A stretch of 61,965 bases of DNA, counting the filler, from Dugesia japonica (Eukaryota), in NCBI GenBank assembly GCA_001938525.1. It is 6 parts of 6 records of this genome, joined end to end, with 100 filler letters (N's around TTAATTAATTAA, not from the genome) between each part and the next. Parts side by side here need not be neighbours in the genome. Positions count along the whole stretch, not along the records: positions 1 to 8,399 come from MQRL01458595.1; positions 8,500 to 25,770 come from MQRL01583722.1; 4 more parts are not named here. One strand, written 5' to 3'. The number at the start of each line of letters is the position of its first letter. Within the stretch, counting starts at the first letter, position 1. The notes under the pieces are model-generated. The model was not told where the DNA came from. It saw only the letters and a list, made by a program, of their open reading frames with translations, and made no database searches. Position numbers and translations under genes: made by a program. Shown here piece by piece: positions 1-12,503 of this stretch.

Positions 1-752
1 TCTACTTTTAATTTATTACACTTACTTTTAAATTAATAATTGGATTCAATATTTATATTATTCTTCATCAAAGTATATACAATTAGTCGAAATATTTAAC
101 TTTCTTTTTCATTAACGAAGTTATGCCTTGATTTTATTATATACCTTGTAATTTTGCTTTATAAATTCACCAACCCCTTAAATTAAAAAATAGTCGTTTA
201 TATTTAAACACGTATCCAAATTCAACATTTCTAATTTATACACAATTGTTAAATTTTCTTTACTGAAAAAAATTATATACATATGACACTAACAATTAAA
301 AGCTAGGTTGATTTTTTGACGAATGAAAAAATTCATTTAAATAAAAGCTTCGATCAAAAAAAATTTTCTTATTGTTTTTTTGAGATTGATTCATATTAAT
401 AAAACAATATTAATATATTTTAAAATTTAAAAACAAAATTGAAATACCAATTTTCGGTGTAACAAAAGTAAGTAAAAACATTTATCAATATATTCATATT
501 ATTAAAAATGAATTTATGTACCTTTAAAATTACTCTATATTTAAAATGTAGTAAATGACTATTATCGAAATCGAAAATTCGATTTACTAACGAAAGAAAA
601 GTGTTTATATTAGGAAATTTCTATTAAAAAATTTTCTTACTTAAAATATTTTATAATGCAAGTTTTAAAATTTTGGTTATAATATTAATTTAATAAATTA
701 TAATTTTGTAATTTGTTTAACTGTCGTATTGTTATTTTAATTTATGAGCTGA

Positions 753-1826
753 ATGGCAGAATTATTTTTAGATTCAGCAATCAGATTTTGGGTATTTTTA
801 CCTTTAGCATTAATAACCTATCTTTTTGGTATAATTAGACATTATATAACAATTTTAATAACAAATGAAAAGAAACCTGATTTACAAGCTGTTGTTGATA
901 GGTTTGAAATATTATTCTTATCACTTTCTCTTCAATTTTATTTCAAATTAGTCACGCTTTAATTAGAAGCAGGTTGTTACGGGAAAATGGAAAATATCTT
1001 ACAAAGCAGGCTTTTAATATGAGAAAACATTACTTTAATGACACAGAAACTGGATTTTTCAAAGTACAGAAACGTGATTCCACAGCTAAAAATCCAATGA
1101 CTGGTATTTTATTCATTTAACTATAATCTAAACTATAAAATTCAACTTAGATCCATCTGCCATGTCAGAAATGGTTAAAGGAAATGCATTAAATGTAATT
1201 CCCATGTTAGTAATAGGAACATGGATAAATTCAGCATTTACTGGATTTCTAACAACAAAAGTTCCATTTCCTCTTACTTATCGTTTTAAACCAATGCTAC
1301 AAAAAGGATGCGAATCTCTAGTATCTCTTGATGCTTCTTGGTAAAATTTATTTTATATTTATGAATGTTAATTTTATGTATAATTGAGAATCATTTAATT
1401 AAATAGATTAATAAATTTAATTATCAAAGTTTTTAAATTAATCGAGCATTTTAAGTAGTATAAATTAAATAAATTTTAATTAAAATATTGGCAAAAAAAG
1501 AAATTATTGTTTCTGGGTTATTTAGGGTGAGCTCAGCTTCTTGGTATTTTTTAAATATTTTCGGGCTGAGGAGCATGTACGGGTTGGTTCTCGGTCAAGA
1601 TAATTCCGCAGAACAACCGACAATGATGAGAGATCCAACCAGCACAATGGCTGCACAAACTGGACAAGATAGTCAGAAGGCATTTAAAACAGAATGGGAA
1701 GCTCTGGAAATCGTTGATCACAATTGGGTGCTGAAGGATGTTCCGAATAAATTGATTCTAAACGGAATGAACAATTATCAAAACTGTACTCATAACACGA
1801 ATAATCGCATGATAACAGCCGAATGA
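753..1826 (+). CDS. EMC3: ER membrane protein complex subunit 3; exons 753-901, 952-1103, 1151-1340, 1526-1826
   Basis: Three GT-AG introns (50, 47, 185 bp) join into one frame: [17 protein letters not shown]...[18 protein letters not shown]...[16 protein letters not shown]...[19 protein letters not shown]...[21 protein letters not shown]...[11 protein letters not shown], matching EMC3/TMEM111 throughout. Confidence 0.97.
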
Positions 1827-1947
1827 AAAGAAAATTTTGATTTAATTTAATAAAATTGTTTTGTATTTACAATAGAAATTACGCGTTGACTTCTGTTTTT
1901 CATTTATTATTTTATCTAGAGTAACCAATCGATTAAACTATCAAAAA

Positions 1948-2570
1948 GGGAGCACCCATGTTTTACGTATGCAAAAATTTTATTTTAACACCCCCCCCCC
2001 TGCTGCACCCGTTTATTTATTTAGTTTTATTAAAATCGATGACCAATTGTGACCTATGATTCAAATTAAATTCACCATTATACAGTAGAATACCCGAAAT
2101 AGACCTCAATATGTGAACCAATAGTTTGAAAGCCATTTCCAGCAAATTGAACCCAAGTTTGAGGTTCAGAATTGCTATACGGCCAGGAGTTGTTTATAAC
2201 ATGATTGTCTGTGTTGCCGATATCGTTTACAACTGAATTATTGAAAGCACCGAATAAAGAAAATTCAGAGTTTGATTCGATCTGAATACTTTTACTGATA
2301 ATTTTGGAAAATTATTTACAATTTGTTGATTGATCCATGTGATTTGCAGTTGTTGAAATGGAATTATTAGATGATTCAGCTTGATTTGCTGCCCATGTCG
2401 AAATATTTCGATTTATATATCGTTCGTTTGGTAACTCAAATAGGGAGCACCACTGTTTTACGTACCGAAAAAATGTTAATTTCTTACGTTCCATGTCTCT
2501 GCTGCACCCTGTTTATTTATTTAGTTTTATTAAAATCGAAAAGATGACCAAATGTGACGTATGTTTTAAA
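1948..2570. repeat. Diverged ~110-120 bp direct repeat (1948-2060 and 2443-2570), probably DNA-transposon debris
   Basis: GGGAGCAC...TGTTTTACGTA and TGCTGCACCC-GTTTATTTATTTAGTTTTATTAAAATCGA occur twice. Confidence 0.6.
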
Positions 2571-3184
2571 TTAGTAGAACCTCCGTATGTGGACCAAAGG
2601 TTTTCTCCTAAGAGATTTCGCTGTTTTTGTGTTCGAAAATAACCTTTCTAGTACGGTAGTTGCCAACATGTAATCCATGAGAACTTTCATTAAAAAATGG
2701 CATATTTAAATGGTTTTGACCCTGGAGATTTTTTAATAATTCGCGTCAAAAAACTGTATTATAAGTTGCTGACGTTCGGTTCACTGGATAATTATGGAAA
2801 GATTTTAAATTAAAGACTAATAAAGAATTATCAATAAATATTATTGGTTGGTCGAATTAAAAATTATTATTTTATTGGTCTGTGAAGTCCTAATCGTTAG
2901 CGACCACTGTTCTAATACATCTCTATCAATTAATTAATTTTCAGCATTCAACCAAATATTTGATTTATCACTGTTATGAACCTCACATTTTGATCAACTC
3001 AAATTGATTAATGAATATTTTAGTGGTAAATTTACTTGTTATTTTTAAGAATAAATTTTCTTTTTGTCTCCAATATTTCGTCCGCTTAATAATTAATATG
3101 TTATCATATCGTATTAATACTCATACTGAGCTTAATTAATTTATCTAAAATAAATACTTTCCTCTGTTATACGTTTGGAAAAAG

Positions 3185-3366
3185 TGTTGGGGTTCCACCT
3201 GAGTAGAACCAAAAATGTGGCTGGGGAAAAAACAGTCCTCAGGGGACCCTTTCAAGAATTTAACCTAATGCCCCTAGGCTAGGTATTCAGCTTATGGTGG
3301 GTGACCTCTCGCTTAATGGGAGGTGCGCGCCCATAGGCCTTTGTATTTGGGTTCACTATTTTCCCT
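3185..3366 (-). ncRNA. Novel structured RNA motif, copy 1
   Basis: Conserved in 4 copies with frame-breaking indels and compensatory stem changes (see findings). Confidence 0.7.
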
Positions 3367-3430
3367 ATTACTACGAATTTATTAAAGGTGAGAAAAAGTT
3401 AAACTAGACACACTTTATTTTATATAATAA

Positions 3431-3813
3431 TTACATCAGATCCAATGCCCCCGGATCTAACCACTGGACCGGATTGGTTGTTAAGAAATTGAATAACGCT
3501 GAATCGTCGTTGTCATCCCATTGGACCCATGTAGGATTTCCTAGTTGACGGGAGAGATCTCCAATGTATTGTTTCAAAAAATCGATTTTGCGCTGCAATA
3601 GTAAATGAGTTTCGTGTGCAAGGGCCTTAGTTTGCTCGGCCAAACTGCTCTGTCGTTTGACTATTAAGTCCAGTCTTTTTATCAATCAATCTCTCTTATT
3701 AAGATGTTTCAGAAGTGCTCGGTCGGTTTTTCGCTTAAGCTGTCGTTCGACCAGGCGTCGTCGCATAATTCGGTGACATCTTCTTAAGCTATTTGGGAAC
3801 GTGATTCGCGGCA
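3431..3813 (-). pseudogene. Cassette ORF B, copy 1 (in-frame TGA near 3686)
   Basis: tttag|TG CCG CGA ATC; PRITFPNSLRRCHRIMRR...QWLDPGALDLM; homologous to 13877-14259 and 24722-25104. Confidence 0.8.
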
Positions 3814-3931
3814 CTAAACAAGATATAACATTATTTTATTCGTTCGGTGACAAAGGCCAATTAACTAAAAAAAAGTAATAGAATTAAAATAAATTTGAAT
3901 ATCAAAACATTTATTTATGCAATGGCAGATA

Positions 3932-4269
3932 TTAAGCTCTCGGAGCCTGTGTACCCTTGTCGACCATCAATGGTTCGAGGGGCATTGCAGTTTTCAATTT
4001 GTGAATATCCTGGACCAGTTTATTCTCTCCGTCTTGGTAGGACCGGATAACCTCCGTGAAAGATTCCAGTTGAGCCTTCCAGACTCTTTCCTGTTTGTGT
4101 GAAGCTTCCGCTTCTGCCTTAAAGGCTAGACATTTTCTTTTATACCGGCTCACCTTACTTTTGGTGGTGGCTATCTCGGACTCCCAGCGTCGCTTTGCCA
4201 GGCGATAGAAATCACTGGCGTCTCTCATCTTTTTAGCGGGAGCTGAAGAACGGTTCAGAGAGGAATGCA
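3932..4269 (-). CDS. Cassette ORF A, copy 1 (coiled-coil orphan)
   Basis: ttgcag|TG CAT TCC; HSSLNR...YRLAKRRWE...FTEVIRSY...LEPLMVDKG; AATAAA just after the stop. Confidence 0.75.
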
Positions 4270-4465
4270 CTGCAAAATAGAACTTATTTACTAAAGGTTT
4301 CATCATTGAAATTACTGAAGTACTCGAAACCCTTAAAAAAAATTTTAATAACCTTACAAGAAATTTTCCTTTATTAAAATAATGACAAGAGCGAAGCCGA
4401 TTATTACTAACTAGAGACACGTATTTATTTATTAAATTAAACATCAAATAATATAAACACTATTA

Positions 4466-4809
4466 TTTAGTGGATAAGTCAGACACAGGAGCCGTGTTTT
4501 CAAAGTCTTCAACCCAGGTTTGGTTCCCGAACACCTCAGAGTAAATTTATGATAAAGGCTTGCACGACTGGGGGTGGGGCCGGAGGTTGGTAATTAAAAG
4601 GCGTGGCGTGAGTACGCACTGGCCCATTCCACTGTTGATAGTTAAGCCGTTCGCCGAAGTCACGTATGGGAGAGACGCTGGCTTACACGGGTGGTAAATT
4701 CAATTGATCCACCAAGATGCCCGCATCACGATTATGAGGGTTATGGTGGCGCCTAAAAATTATACGGCGGGTTCTTCGATCAATTATCCGTTCCCATATG
4801 GACTTTATT
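4466..4809 (-). pseudogene. Cassette ORF C, copy 1 (start decayed to ATA, internal stop)
   Basis: atgcag|A ATA AAG TCC ATA TGG gives IKSIWERIIDRRTRRIIFRRHHNPHNRDAGILVDQLNLP*, aligning to MEHKWEILLDRTSGGTLFKRYKNPYDRDASILVDRANLP. 3' limit approximate. Confidence 0.7.
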
Positions 4810-4859
4810 CTGCATTAGAAATTTGACTTAAATCCACATAATATAATCATTTATAAAAT

Positions 4860-5582
4860 TTTAAAATTTTGAAGTTTGGATTTTTGCTAGATGAAAAACT
4901 TTATTTAATAATGAAGATGAAGATAATAATTCACTAAGAAAACAATGTAGAGATCTTGGAAATTTCTATGATACTGATATCCATGGGGACGAACTTTGCA
5001 CTAAAATTTGTGGCTGCCAAATGTTACTTCTGGTAAGATATTATACTTTACCAGCAACTCCATTGGATCTTTTGTCTTTCATCATTTATTATGGTGAGAA
5101 CGTTTTTCTAATCCTGCAAATTGCCCTGCAAAGCCTTCTAACAATTTCATTATCAATCGCTAGCTGTGAGCGTTCTTTCAGCCAACTGAAGTTAATTTTG
5201 TCATATTTGCGTGCATCGATGAGACAATATCACCTTAGTGACCTTGCACTTCTCAGTATTAAACGAAACGAAATGAAAAAGTGTGATTTTGATGAAGTTA
5301 TTGATAAATTTGCCACAGTTAAATCCAGAAAAATCAACCTGATATGAACATTCTACATGTACNNGCACAATGTATGTATAAAGTTATTGGTAAAAATTAA
5401 ATAAAATATAGTATTTCGTTTGTATTACTTCTTGACTAATCACATGTTTCGTCTGCATCAGTTTCTTCATTAGTATTTATTTTAGTAGCTATTACATTGG
5501 ATGACTTTTAATTTTTTAGTGGGGGGGGGCGCAAAATATGGATCTTGTCCCCGGGTTGCCAAACACACTAGCTACGCCTCTG
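4860..5582 (+). mobile_element. hAT (ZMYM1-like) transposase 3' fragment with right terminus
   Basis: Dimerisation motif SIASCERSFSQLKLILSYLRASM...LALLSI; ends CTAGCTACGCCTCTG, a hAT-type TIR. Confidence 0.85.
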
Positions 5583-6173
5583 AATAGAACACATTCAAAA
5601 TTTATTGTTTTTAACAGTGCTTCAAAATAATTGATGAAATAGAACACTTAAGGGAAAGACTTTAGTATACCAATTTCTAAAAAGGTGAATTTGATCAACC
5701 ATACAAGGATATTCGCGACCACGACCGTCTCGACGCCAAAATGATATATAATATTTTATAATTGTTTCTCACAGTCAATATTTTATTTTTTCATTATTAG
5801 TGTCGGCTTTTATTTTTAAATTTAATTCCTTTTTCTAATATTTCTACAATTTCCATTTACTGATTTCCGCTTTATTATCAACTCTTCTGCTTAAAACTAC
5901 AATTTTCGGACATTCTTTTAATTAACCGGTAATTCCAGCCCAACAATTTTATCAAAATAAAGCTCACTACAATAAATAACTTATATGATGTGAAGATAAA
6001 TGATATGCAGGCCTGAAAAAGTGACGGAGATCATCATGTGTGTATGAAACAATAAGTTTTCAAATAAATATAGAATCGTAAAAAATCCATTAATAAATAA
6101 TCCAAATGTTTATTTTTTGACAGATAAATACAGCATTTAATTTAATAAACTTGTTTTCTTTTTACAATAAAAG

Positions 6174-6460
6174 CTAAAAGTTGAATTCTGCTTTTTTCCA
6201 GTAACCCGACATGTCAGAAATTACAATTTTGTTGTCGGTGATCTCTAGAATTCCATATGGTTGTTCTTTTTCTGCTGCTTCAATTATACCGGGTAATGTT
6301 ACATGGATAAATTTATCCGTTATTATAACCGATGCGTCATGAACATGTCCACAAATATATGCTTTAACACACGAAAACTTTTCAATTATTTGAAGCAGTT
6401 GGTCATCGTTCCATATCATCCATCGTGGGTTATGTGATTTACTTAATAATGGAGTGTGAC
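6174..6460 (-). CDS. ADPRM: Terminal exon of a Mn-dependent ADP-ribose/CDP-alcohol diphosphatase-like metallophosphoesterase
   Basis: Acceptor ttgcatttag|GT CAC; HTPL...WN...CVKAYICGHVHD...HVTLPGIIE...YGILEI matches the ADPRM C-terminus (GHxH motif). Upstream exons not recognised. Confidence 0.75.
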
Positions 6461-7909
6461 CTAAATGCAATTTATATGAATAGCTAATTACGTGAGATTT
6501 ATAATTTGAATTAAAATATTTTACTAAATATCATTCATGGTTTTGACAAGAACAGAAAGTCTGTAGTAAATGTATAGAACCATTACCATTTAGTAGGGTT
6601 CTAAATTCAAAAAAAGGTCCACGTTGAGTAGTTCAACAGGCTGTACAAGGATTCATGAGAATAAAAGCAATGCGTTGTAACCAATTTTATATCCAAATAA
6701 ATTACAACGCAACAGATTCACACGCGAATAAGCAACGCCAAATAATAAGCAAAAAAGACCACAGATTTACTGATTTTTATGCATGAATATAAAATGTTTT
6801 AAATATAATCACCGTTAAATTGTAATTCAAGTTACACGGACAAACTCATTGTTTTGCGCTCTTGACTTCGTTCCTCATTTTAAAAATTAATATTTGAATT
6901 TCTATATCGTAGTCATGGCAACGTAACGAAAATTTGACCCGAAAACATTGACATTTCTTAAAGTTTCAATAATAACATAATGTGGAACTCTTTTGTTTAA
7001 CACTAAATTTTTGGAATGATTCAATTTTCTATGTAAATATATAGCAAATTGAGTCAAATTAACTCGGTCCGTAAATCTAGTGTTACAAATTACATAAAAA
7101 TTTAATGTTTTTTAGATTCATGACATTTCAACCATAACTCAACTGAGTTGATAATAACATTTAATAAGTAAATAGTTGGTGTCAAAGACAAGGCAAACTT
7201 TTCATTCTACGTATTTAAGTTATTTGATTTTACAAATAAGTTTCGGCGGACAGCGGATGCCCGGTCGGCCCCCTTAAACCGACATTGAATGTAATTTAAA
7301 TGAATGTAAAGTTTCTATATATTATTGTAAATTATTTTATTGTATATTATTGTAAAATTATCCCAATTTATTTTCTGTGTCAGCTAAAATCAGTCAGATT
7401 TGATCCATTGATGGATTAACTTTTAAGACCTCTGAGGTGGAATATCAGAACTTAAATTCATACAACGCTAATCGTGTGAAATTTTTCGATTATATTTTAT
7501 AAATTAAAATAAAAATATAATAATTACAAGAGCATTATTTGTAGCAATATTTGGATAAAAGTAGATGGATACTTGCGCATCGGACAGCCACCCCGTTGAC
7601 GCAATAATATAGTGACCTATAAATTAGGAGGTCAGTGAAGATGATTTAAATTACAAACAGAAGTAATAAAATTATTGATAAATAAAATATTTAATAATAC
7701 CAAAAAATTCCTATTTTATAGTATTTTAAATTGTTTATTTAAATCATTGACATTTGATATTTTCATATTAAATTTACTTTGAATATTCGGAATTATAAAT
7801 AAAAAACAGAATTAATAAAATTAGATTAATCAAATATTTAATACTGCCAAGAAAAATGATATTTTCATATCAAAATGTAATTTTTTATATTATTATTAGT
7901 AAGATATTT

Positions 7910-8337
7910 TGAATTTCGTCTTGTGATGGGACCCTAAAAACGAAATTCAAAATAACATCATTAATAGACTTTTGTATTCATGCTATGAATGAATATGAAC
8001 TTGCAAACAAAGCAGTTCATATACTGATTCCATTTGCAACCACATACCTATGTGAAACTGGCTTTTCTACATTAACTGATATCAAATCAAAATATAGAAA
8101 TAAGTTGAATGTGGAGAATGACATAAGAATGAAATTAAGAAGTACATTCCTGGTTTGTGCGCCAAAAATTTGCCGCAAGGCTCACATTGATGGATTTATT
8201 TTTATATTATTACTTACAGTCATATACTCTATTTAAATAAAATCTGTAATCTTTGATTTTCATGATTACTTTTCATAAGGTGGTCCGTATAAAGCTTAAA
8301 AAGAAAAAGTGGTCAACAATGAGGTTAAGAACCGCTG
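7910..8337 (+). mobile_element. hAT (Buster/Charlie-like) 3' fragment with right TIR
   Basis: LIPFATTYLCETGFSTLTDIKSKYRNKLNVENDIR; ends AGGTTAAGAACCGCTG. Confidence 0.85.
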
Positions 8338-8399
8338 ATCTATTACATAATCACATTTAAAACATATTGGTACGCGTAAAAGTTAGCAAAAAATACATT

Positions 8400-8499
8400 N
8401 NNNNNNNNNNNNNNNNNNNNNNNNNNNNNNNNNNNNNNNNNNNTTAATTAATTAANNNNNNNNNNNNNNNNNNNNNNNNNNNNNNNNNNNNNNNNNNNN
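8400..8499. other. Artificial scaffold linker N44-TTAATTAATTAA-N44 (also at ~25771, 34875, 44835, 53261)
   Basis: Identical six-frame-stop 12-mer centred in 100-bp gaps. Confidence 0.95.
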
Positions 8500-9312
8500 A
8501 AATACTCTCAAATGGTTCATTAGCCTTTAATTTTATAATTTCCTCCTTTGTTCTAATTGTTGTTACTTTGTTCGTTTGGCACGCTGTACATTCTTTAATT
8601 ACTTTTGACACAGTTTCACTTAACTCTTCAATATCATATTCATTTTTCAAATAATTTATGACTTTTTCCATACCGGCGTGCACCAATAATTTATGGATTT
8701 CTTTTACCATTTGAATTTTCTTTTCTGATGGGATCCATATTTTGTCGTATTTTGTTTTTATTATATCTTCTATTAATCGAAACTTTTTACATGTTCCATT
8801 TTTTATATCATTCTTTATCTGTTCAATTTCTTGTACGTTACTTTGCCATTTATATGTATCTGAACTTGATATACCATTAATTGTTCTTGTCTTTATTTTC
8901 CTTCCTTTGGATTTTCATGATCTGTTAGGCATTGTACACACGTACCACAATTCATTCTTGACAGCATATCTGCATTCGTGTGTTTCGAACCTTGTGATCT
9001 GTTCTCACCAAAAATCTTTTTCCATACAAATAATGTTTAAAATGGTTACAAAAATAGTAAATGNNNNNNNNNNNNNNNNNNNNNNNNNNNNNNNNNNNNN
9101 NNNNNNNNNNNNNAAAATCTTTTTCCATACAAATAATGTTTAAAATGGTTACAAAAATAGTAAATGGCCAATAATTCTTTTCTTGTTGTACAATATCCCT
9201 TTTTATGAGCTGACATTGCATGTGACCCATATGCAATGATTTGTTCTACACCTCTTCCATCTATTTGCGATAAAACTGCTCCAATGGCATCAAAGCTCGC
9301 ATCAAAACGCAT
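8500..9312 (-). mobile_element. Gypsy pol fragment (RNase H and integrase H2C2 finger)
   Basis: DASFDAIGAVLSQ...YCTTRKELLAIY...HYLYGKRFLVRTDH; EIHKLLVHAGMEK...CTACQ. Confidence 0.9.
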
Positions 9313-9561
9313 CCCAACGTTGCGTTCCAGCTTTTCATCCCAACGTTGCGTTCCAGCGTTTCATCCCAACGTTGCGTTCCAGCGTTTCATCCCAACGTTG
9401 CGTTCCAGCTTTTCATCCCAACGTTGCGTTCCAGCTTTTCATCCCAACGTTGCGTTCCAGCGTTTTATCCCAACGTTGCGTTCCAGCGTTTCATCCCAAT
9501 GTTGCGTTCCAGCTTTTCATCCCAACGTTGCGTTCCGGCTTTTCATCCCAACGTTGCGTTC
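9310..9561. repeat. 26-bp minisatellite CATCCCAACGTTGCGTTCCAGC(G/T)TTT, ~9.5 copies
   Basis: Seen directly; accounts for the spurious FIPTLRSS/SSQRCVPAFHPNVAF ORFs. Confidence 0.95.
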
Positions 9562-11731
9562 TAGCATTTGTGTGTAATCGTTAGAGAGATAAAAAAAAAT
9601 TTTCCAAAAACAAAAGTTTATTAAAATTATCAAAATAATTAAAAATTTATTTTCCCAGCAGAATCTGAACAAAAAATTATTGATTTAATTTTATACTAGG
9701 ATATCGATTTTTCCGTTGACCGACAGCAGTAGTAGCAGAAATAGTAACACACGAATACAATTGCCGAAATGATCATAGCAATAATTAATAAATTTATTAT
9801 CAATATTAAATAATCTTCTGAATCAAATTAAATATTAATTATTGATTACTTTTTACTTACTTAAAATTATCCAATTTATCAAAATTTCTTTGCAATCTCC
9901 TATCAAATCAAATCAAATCAAAATAATTAATAAAATCACAATATTTATCACCATCAATCACCAAACTCAAATCAACCTTCGAATCTTGATCATCGAGACC
10001 TTTCGTGTCTAATTTGATAACAAGTGATGAAAAATTAGAAAATATTTTCTCTAATTTATCTATTTCTCCTCCACAAGTGCTGGATAACTTGATAATAATT
10101 AATAAATCGATAATCTAGTTACACTTCAGCAGCAAATTAAAATTTATTAAAATTATTTCTAATTATAATTTAATCAATTATCAAAGTTTAACGAGTATTT
10201 CTATTATTCTATTCACAACTAAATAATTACTTTATTATCTTTTGTTATCCCATTTACAACAGTAATTATATTCAAATCAAAAATTTCACATTTATTATAC
10301 TCTTGAGCTTTTAACTTTATCAAATTATTATTAAATTTTACAGTTGGATTTGATAAAGTAAAGTTTAATATGCAATACAAACTTTTGTTTCCAATATTGT
10401 TAAAATTTATTTTATATCCGCATTCAGTGGTGAAATTTGTTCCATTAATACAATTATTTTTATTAATCTCTACAAGTAATTCTATAAATATTTACACAGA
10501 ACAGAAATACCTTCAAATAAATAAACCTGAATACAAGTAGAAAATATTATTAATAATTTTAACATTATAAATTAATAGAAATATTTAAAATATATCAAAA
10601 ATATTCAATATTTTAATAATTACAAATTCAACTTATAAAATATCACTTTATTCCGAAAATTTATTCATTAATTTAGTCTAACAATTACTTCATTCAATTC
10701 TTAATTTGTAGTTTTAAATTATAATTTCATTAGTTATTTTATCATTAATTAAAAACAATTCAAAATATTTCATAAAGAAATTTAATAAAAACATTTCATT
10801 TATTCTTTAATAATATAATTATTTGTTAACCTTATTTTAATCCAAATTACAATAAATAATTCAAATTTATTTGAAAAATATTTTAAGTTCTATTTTCCTA
10901 TTTTATTATAATTATTTTTTAATTAATAATTAGAATTTACTTTTTAAAAGTTATTATTTAAGAAATGGAAAATGTTAATAAATCGAATAAAGGGTTAAGT
11001 GACCATTCATTCGGATTTCGTACAACTATTTTCCTCAAACTGATATTGCAAATATCGTGATTTTCCAACTTACTATAGAATTTTTTTTATAGATAATTTA
11101 AAATCCGCTATTAAATTTAAAGATTTTATGTCCTTTTACAGTGACAAGCCAATTAAACCGGTAGATTTCTGTATAAATTGCAGGCAGCAAATAGTACTAT
11201 GATGATCGGTAACATCACTTTCCTTTAATAATAATTAAACTGCAGTTAAATTAAGGATAATTGAATTTAATTTTATCTTGTATCTTAAAGGATGATAAAA
11301 ATAAAGTTTTTAATAGCTATATTGGAACAGAACCCGGCCATGTTTATCCACTTTAGTCTTTAACAATTGAAGAGGAAAAACTATTAATAAATAAATATTA
11401 GCGGGAAAATAAATTATTATTTAATAAATCGAACTATTATTAATGTTGGGCTCCGAGGTTTTGATGTTTTATATCTTCTCTTGTAACTCTTGGTACTTCT
11501 TTCTTGACATTCCTTTTATCTCATTATCTTGTAGAGGCAGATACCCCGGAGCCGGCAGAAATTTGGCAACACTCATTGTTTTGCTCCATCCACCCCGAGT
11601 CCATGCGGGACTATGCGGTATTCCGTCTTTTAGAAAGTCTTAGTTGTTATGGTTCATATTAAGTTGAATCAATTTAATCTTTAAACAATGAAGAGACTTC
11701 GATAATAATTACGCATTTATTTTGATATAAT

Positions 11732-12056
11732 TTATGGCGACTCGAAGACTGTTTCCTCGGTAATCACACATTCATCGTAACTTTTGTTCTTCACCTCATA
11801 TTCCTTCCACAATGTCTTTACGTTGGCATAGGATTTGATTATCTCGACAAACATTCGGTTGTTCGCAATGAGTGTGAGTTCTCTCCGGTGACTCACACTC
11901 AATCGTTCTCGCAAGTTAGATATCCTTCGCTTGGTGAGGCTGGCCGTTTCTTGTAGTTTTTTGTTTTCTTTACGTAGCCTTTTTAGTTCAAAATCTGGCC
12001 ACGCGCTGATCGATCAACAACTCTTTTTGAGTGGGTTTGATGATTCTCATTGACAT
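11732..12056 (-). pseudogene. Distant paralog of cassette ORF A (one frameshift)
   Basis: ttatag|A ATG TCA ATG AGA ATC ATC AAA CCC ACT CAA AAA; KPTQK and MFVEIIKSY compare with APTKK and SFTEIIRSY of ORF A; AATAAA after the stop. Confidence 0.5.
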
Positions 12057-12155
12057 TCTATAATTTAAATAGACTAATCATTCATCATAAAATAGTTCGA
12101 TTTTATCGGTATAACAATTTTATCACATAAATTCGTAATAACTAATTAATTTTTA

Positions 12156-12503
12156 TTATAATGATAGAGTTAAATTATTGTAGATTTTATCTCTTTTTCT
12201 CTTTTCTCCTGATTCATGATTGGTTAATTGATGCTCATACTGTTGCTCTTGTTCCCTGATTTTCCCCTTTAATCGCTTTAATTTCTCGAAATGTTGACTA
12301 GTTATTTCCACCTCCAGCCTTTTGATGCGATCCTCCTTCTGATTCATTTGATCTTGTATCATCCACCAGGGCTTGGTATCGGTACCTTCTCTCCCTATGG
12401 AATCCAAAACGTCAGACATGCTGCTGTTTGAACCGATGTTGAAACTGAGTCCTGCTTCACTTAAATTGGCGATGGCTTCTGCTCTCACGAATTGATGGGT
12501 CAT
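12156..12503 (-). CDS. Orphan 115-aa coiled-coil ORF in a second acceptor-ORF array
   Basis: aacatag|ATG ACC; open frame in a GC-richer island. Confidence 0.5.
   Translation of the reverse strand: MTHQFVRAEAIANLSEAGLSFNIGSNSSMSDVLDSIGREGTDTKPWWMIQDQMNQKEDRIKRLEVEITSQHFEKLKRLKGKIREQEQQYEHQLTNHESGEKRKRDKIYNNLTLSL

Noticed and set aside
3185-3366. The RNA as a spliced-leader RNA (A|GUGAAC donor, AUUUUUGG Sm site) or a group I intron (AAAUUCUUGAAAG, P-like)
   Set aside because: The GU donor is absent in copies 2 and 3, the Sm-like site occurs only in copy 1, and no Q/R/S elements follow.
4270-4447. N-terminal extensions of ORFs A and B in the ORF track (also 14260-14308, 25607-25661)
   Set aside because: Not conserved between copies; they read through AT-rich acceptor regions.
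8444-8455. Recurrent TTAATTAATTAA palindrome
   Set aside because: Always centred in a 100-bp N gap, so an assembly linker.
9236-9584. CRISPR-like array or repeat proteins
   Set aside because: Head-to-tail 26-bp units without spacers in a eukaryotic context; the ORFs are by-products.
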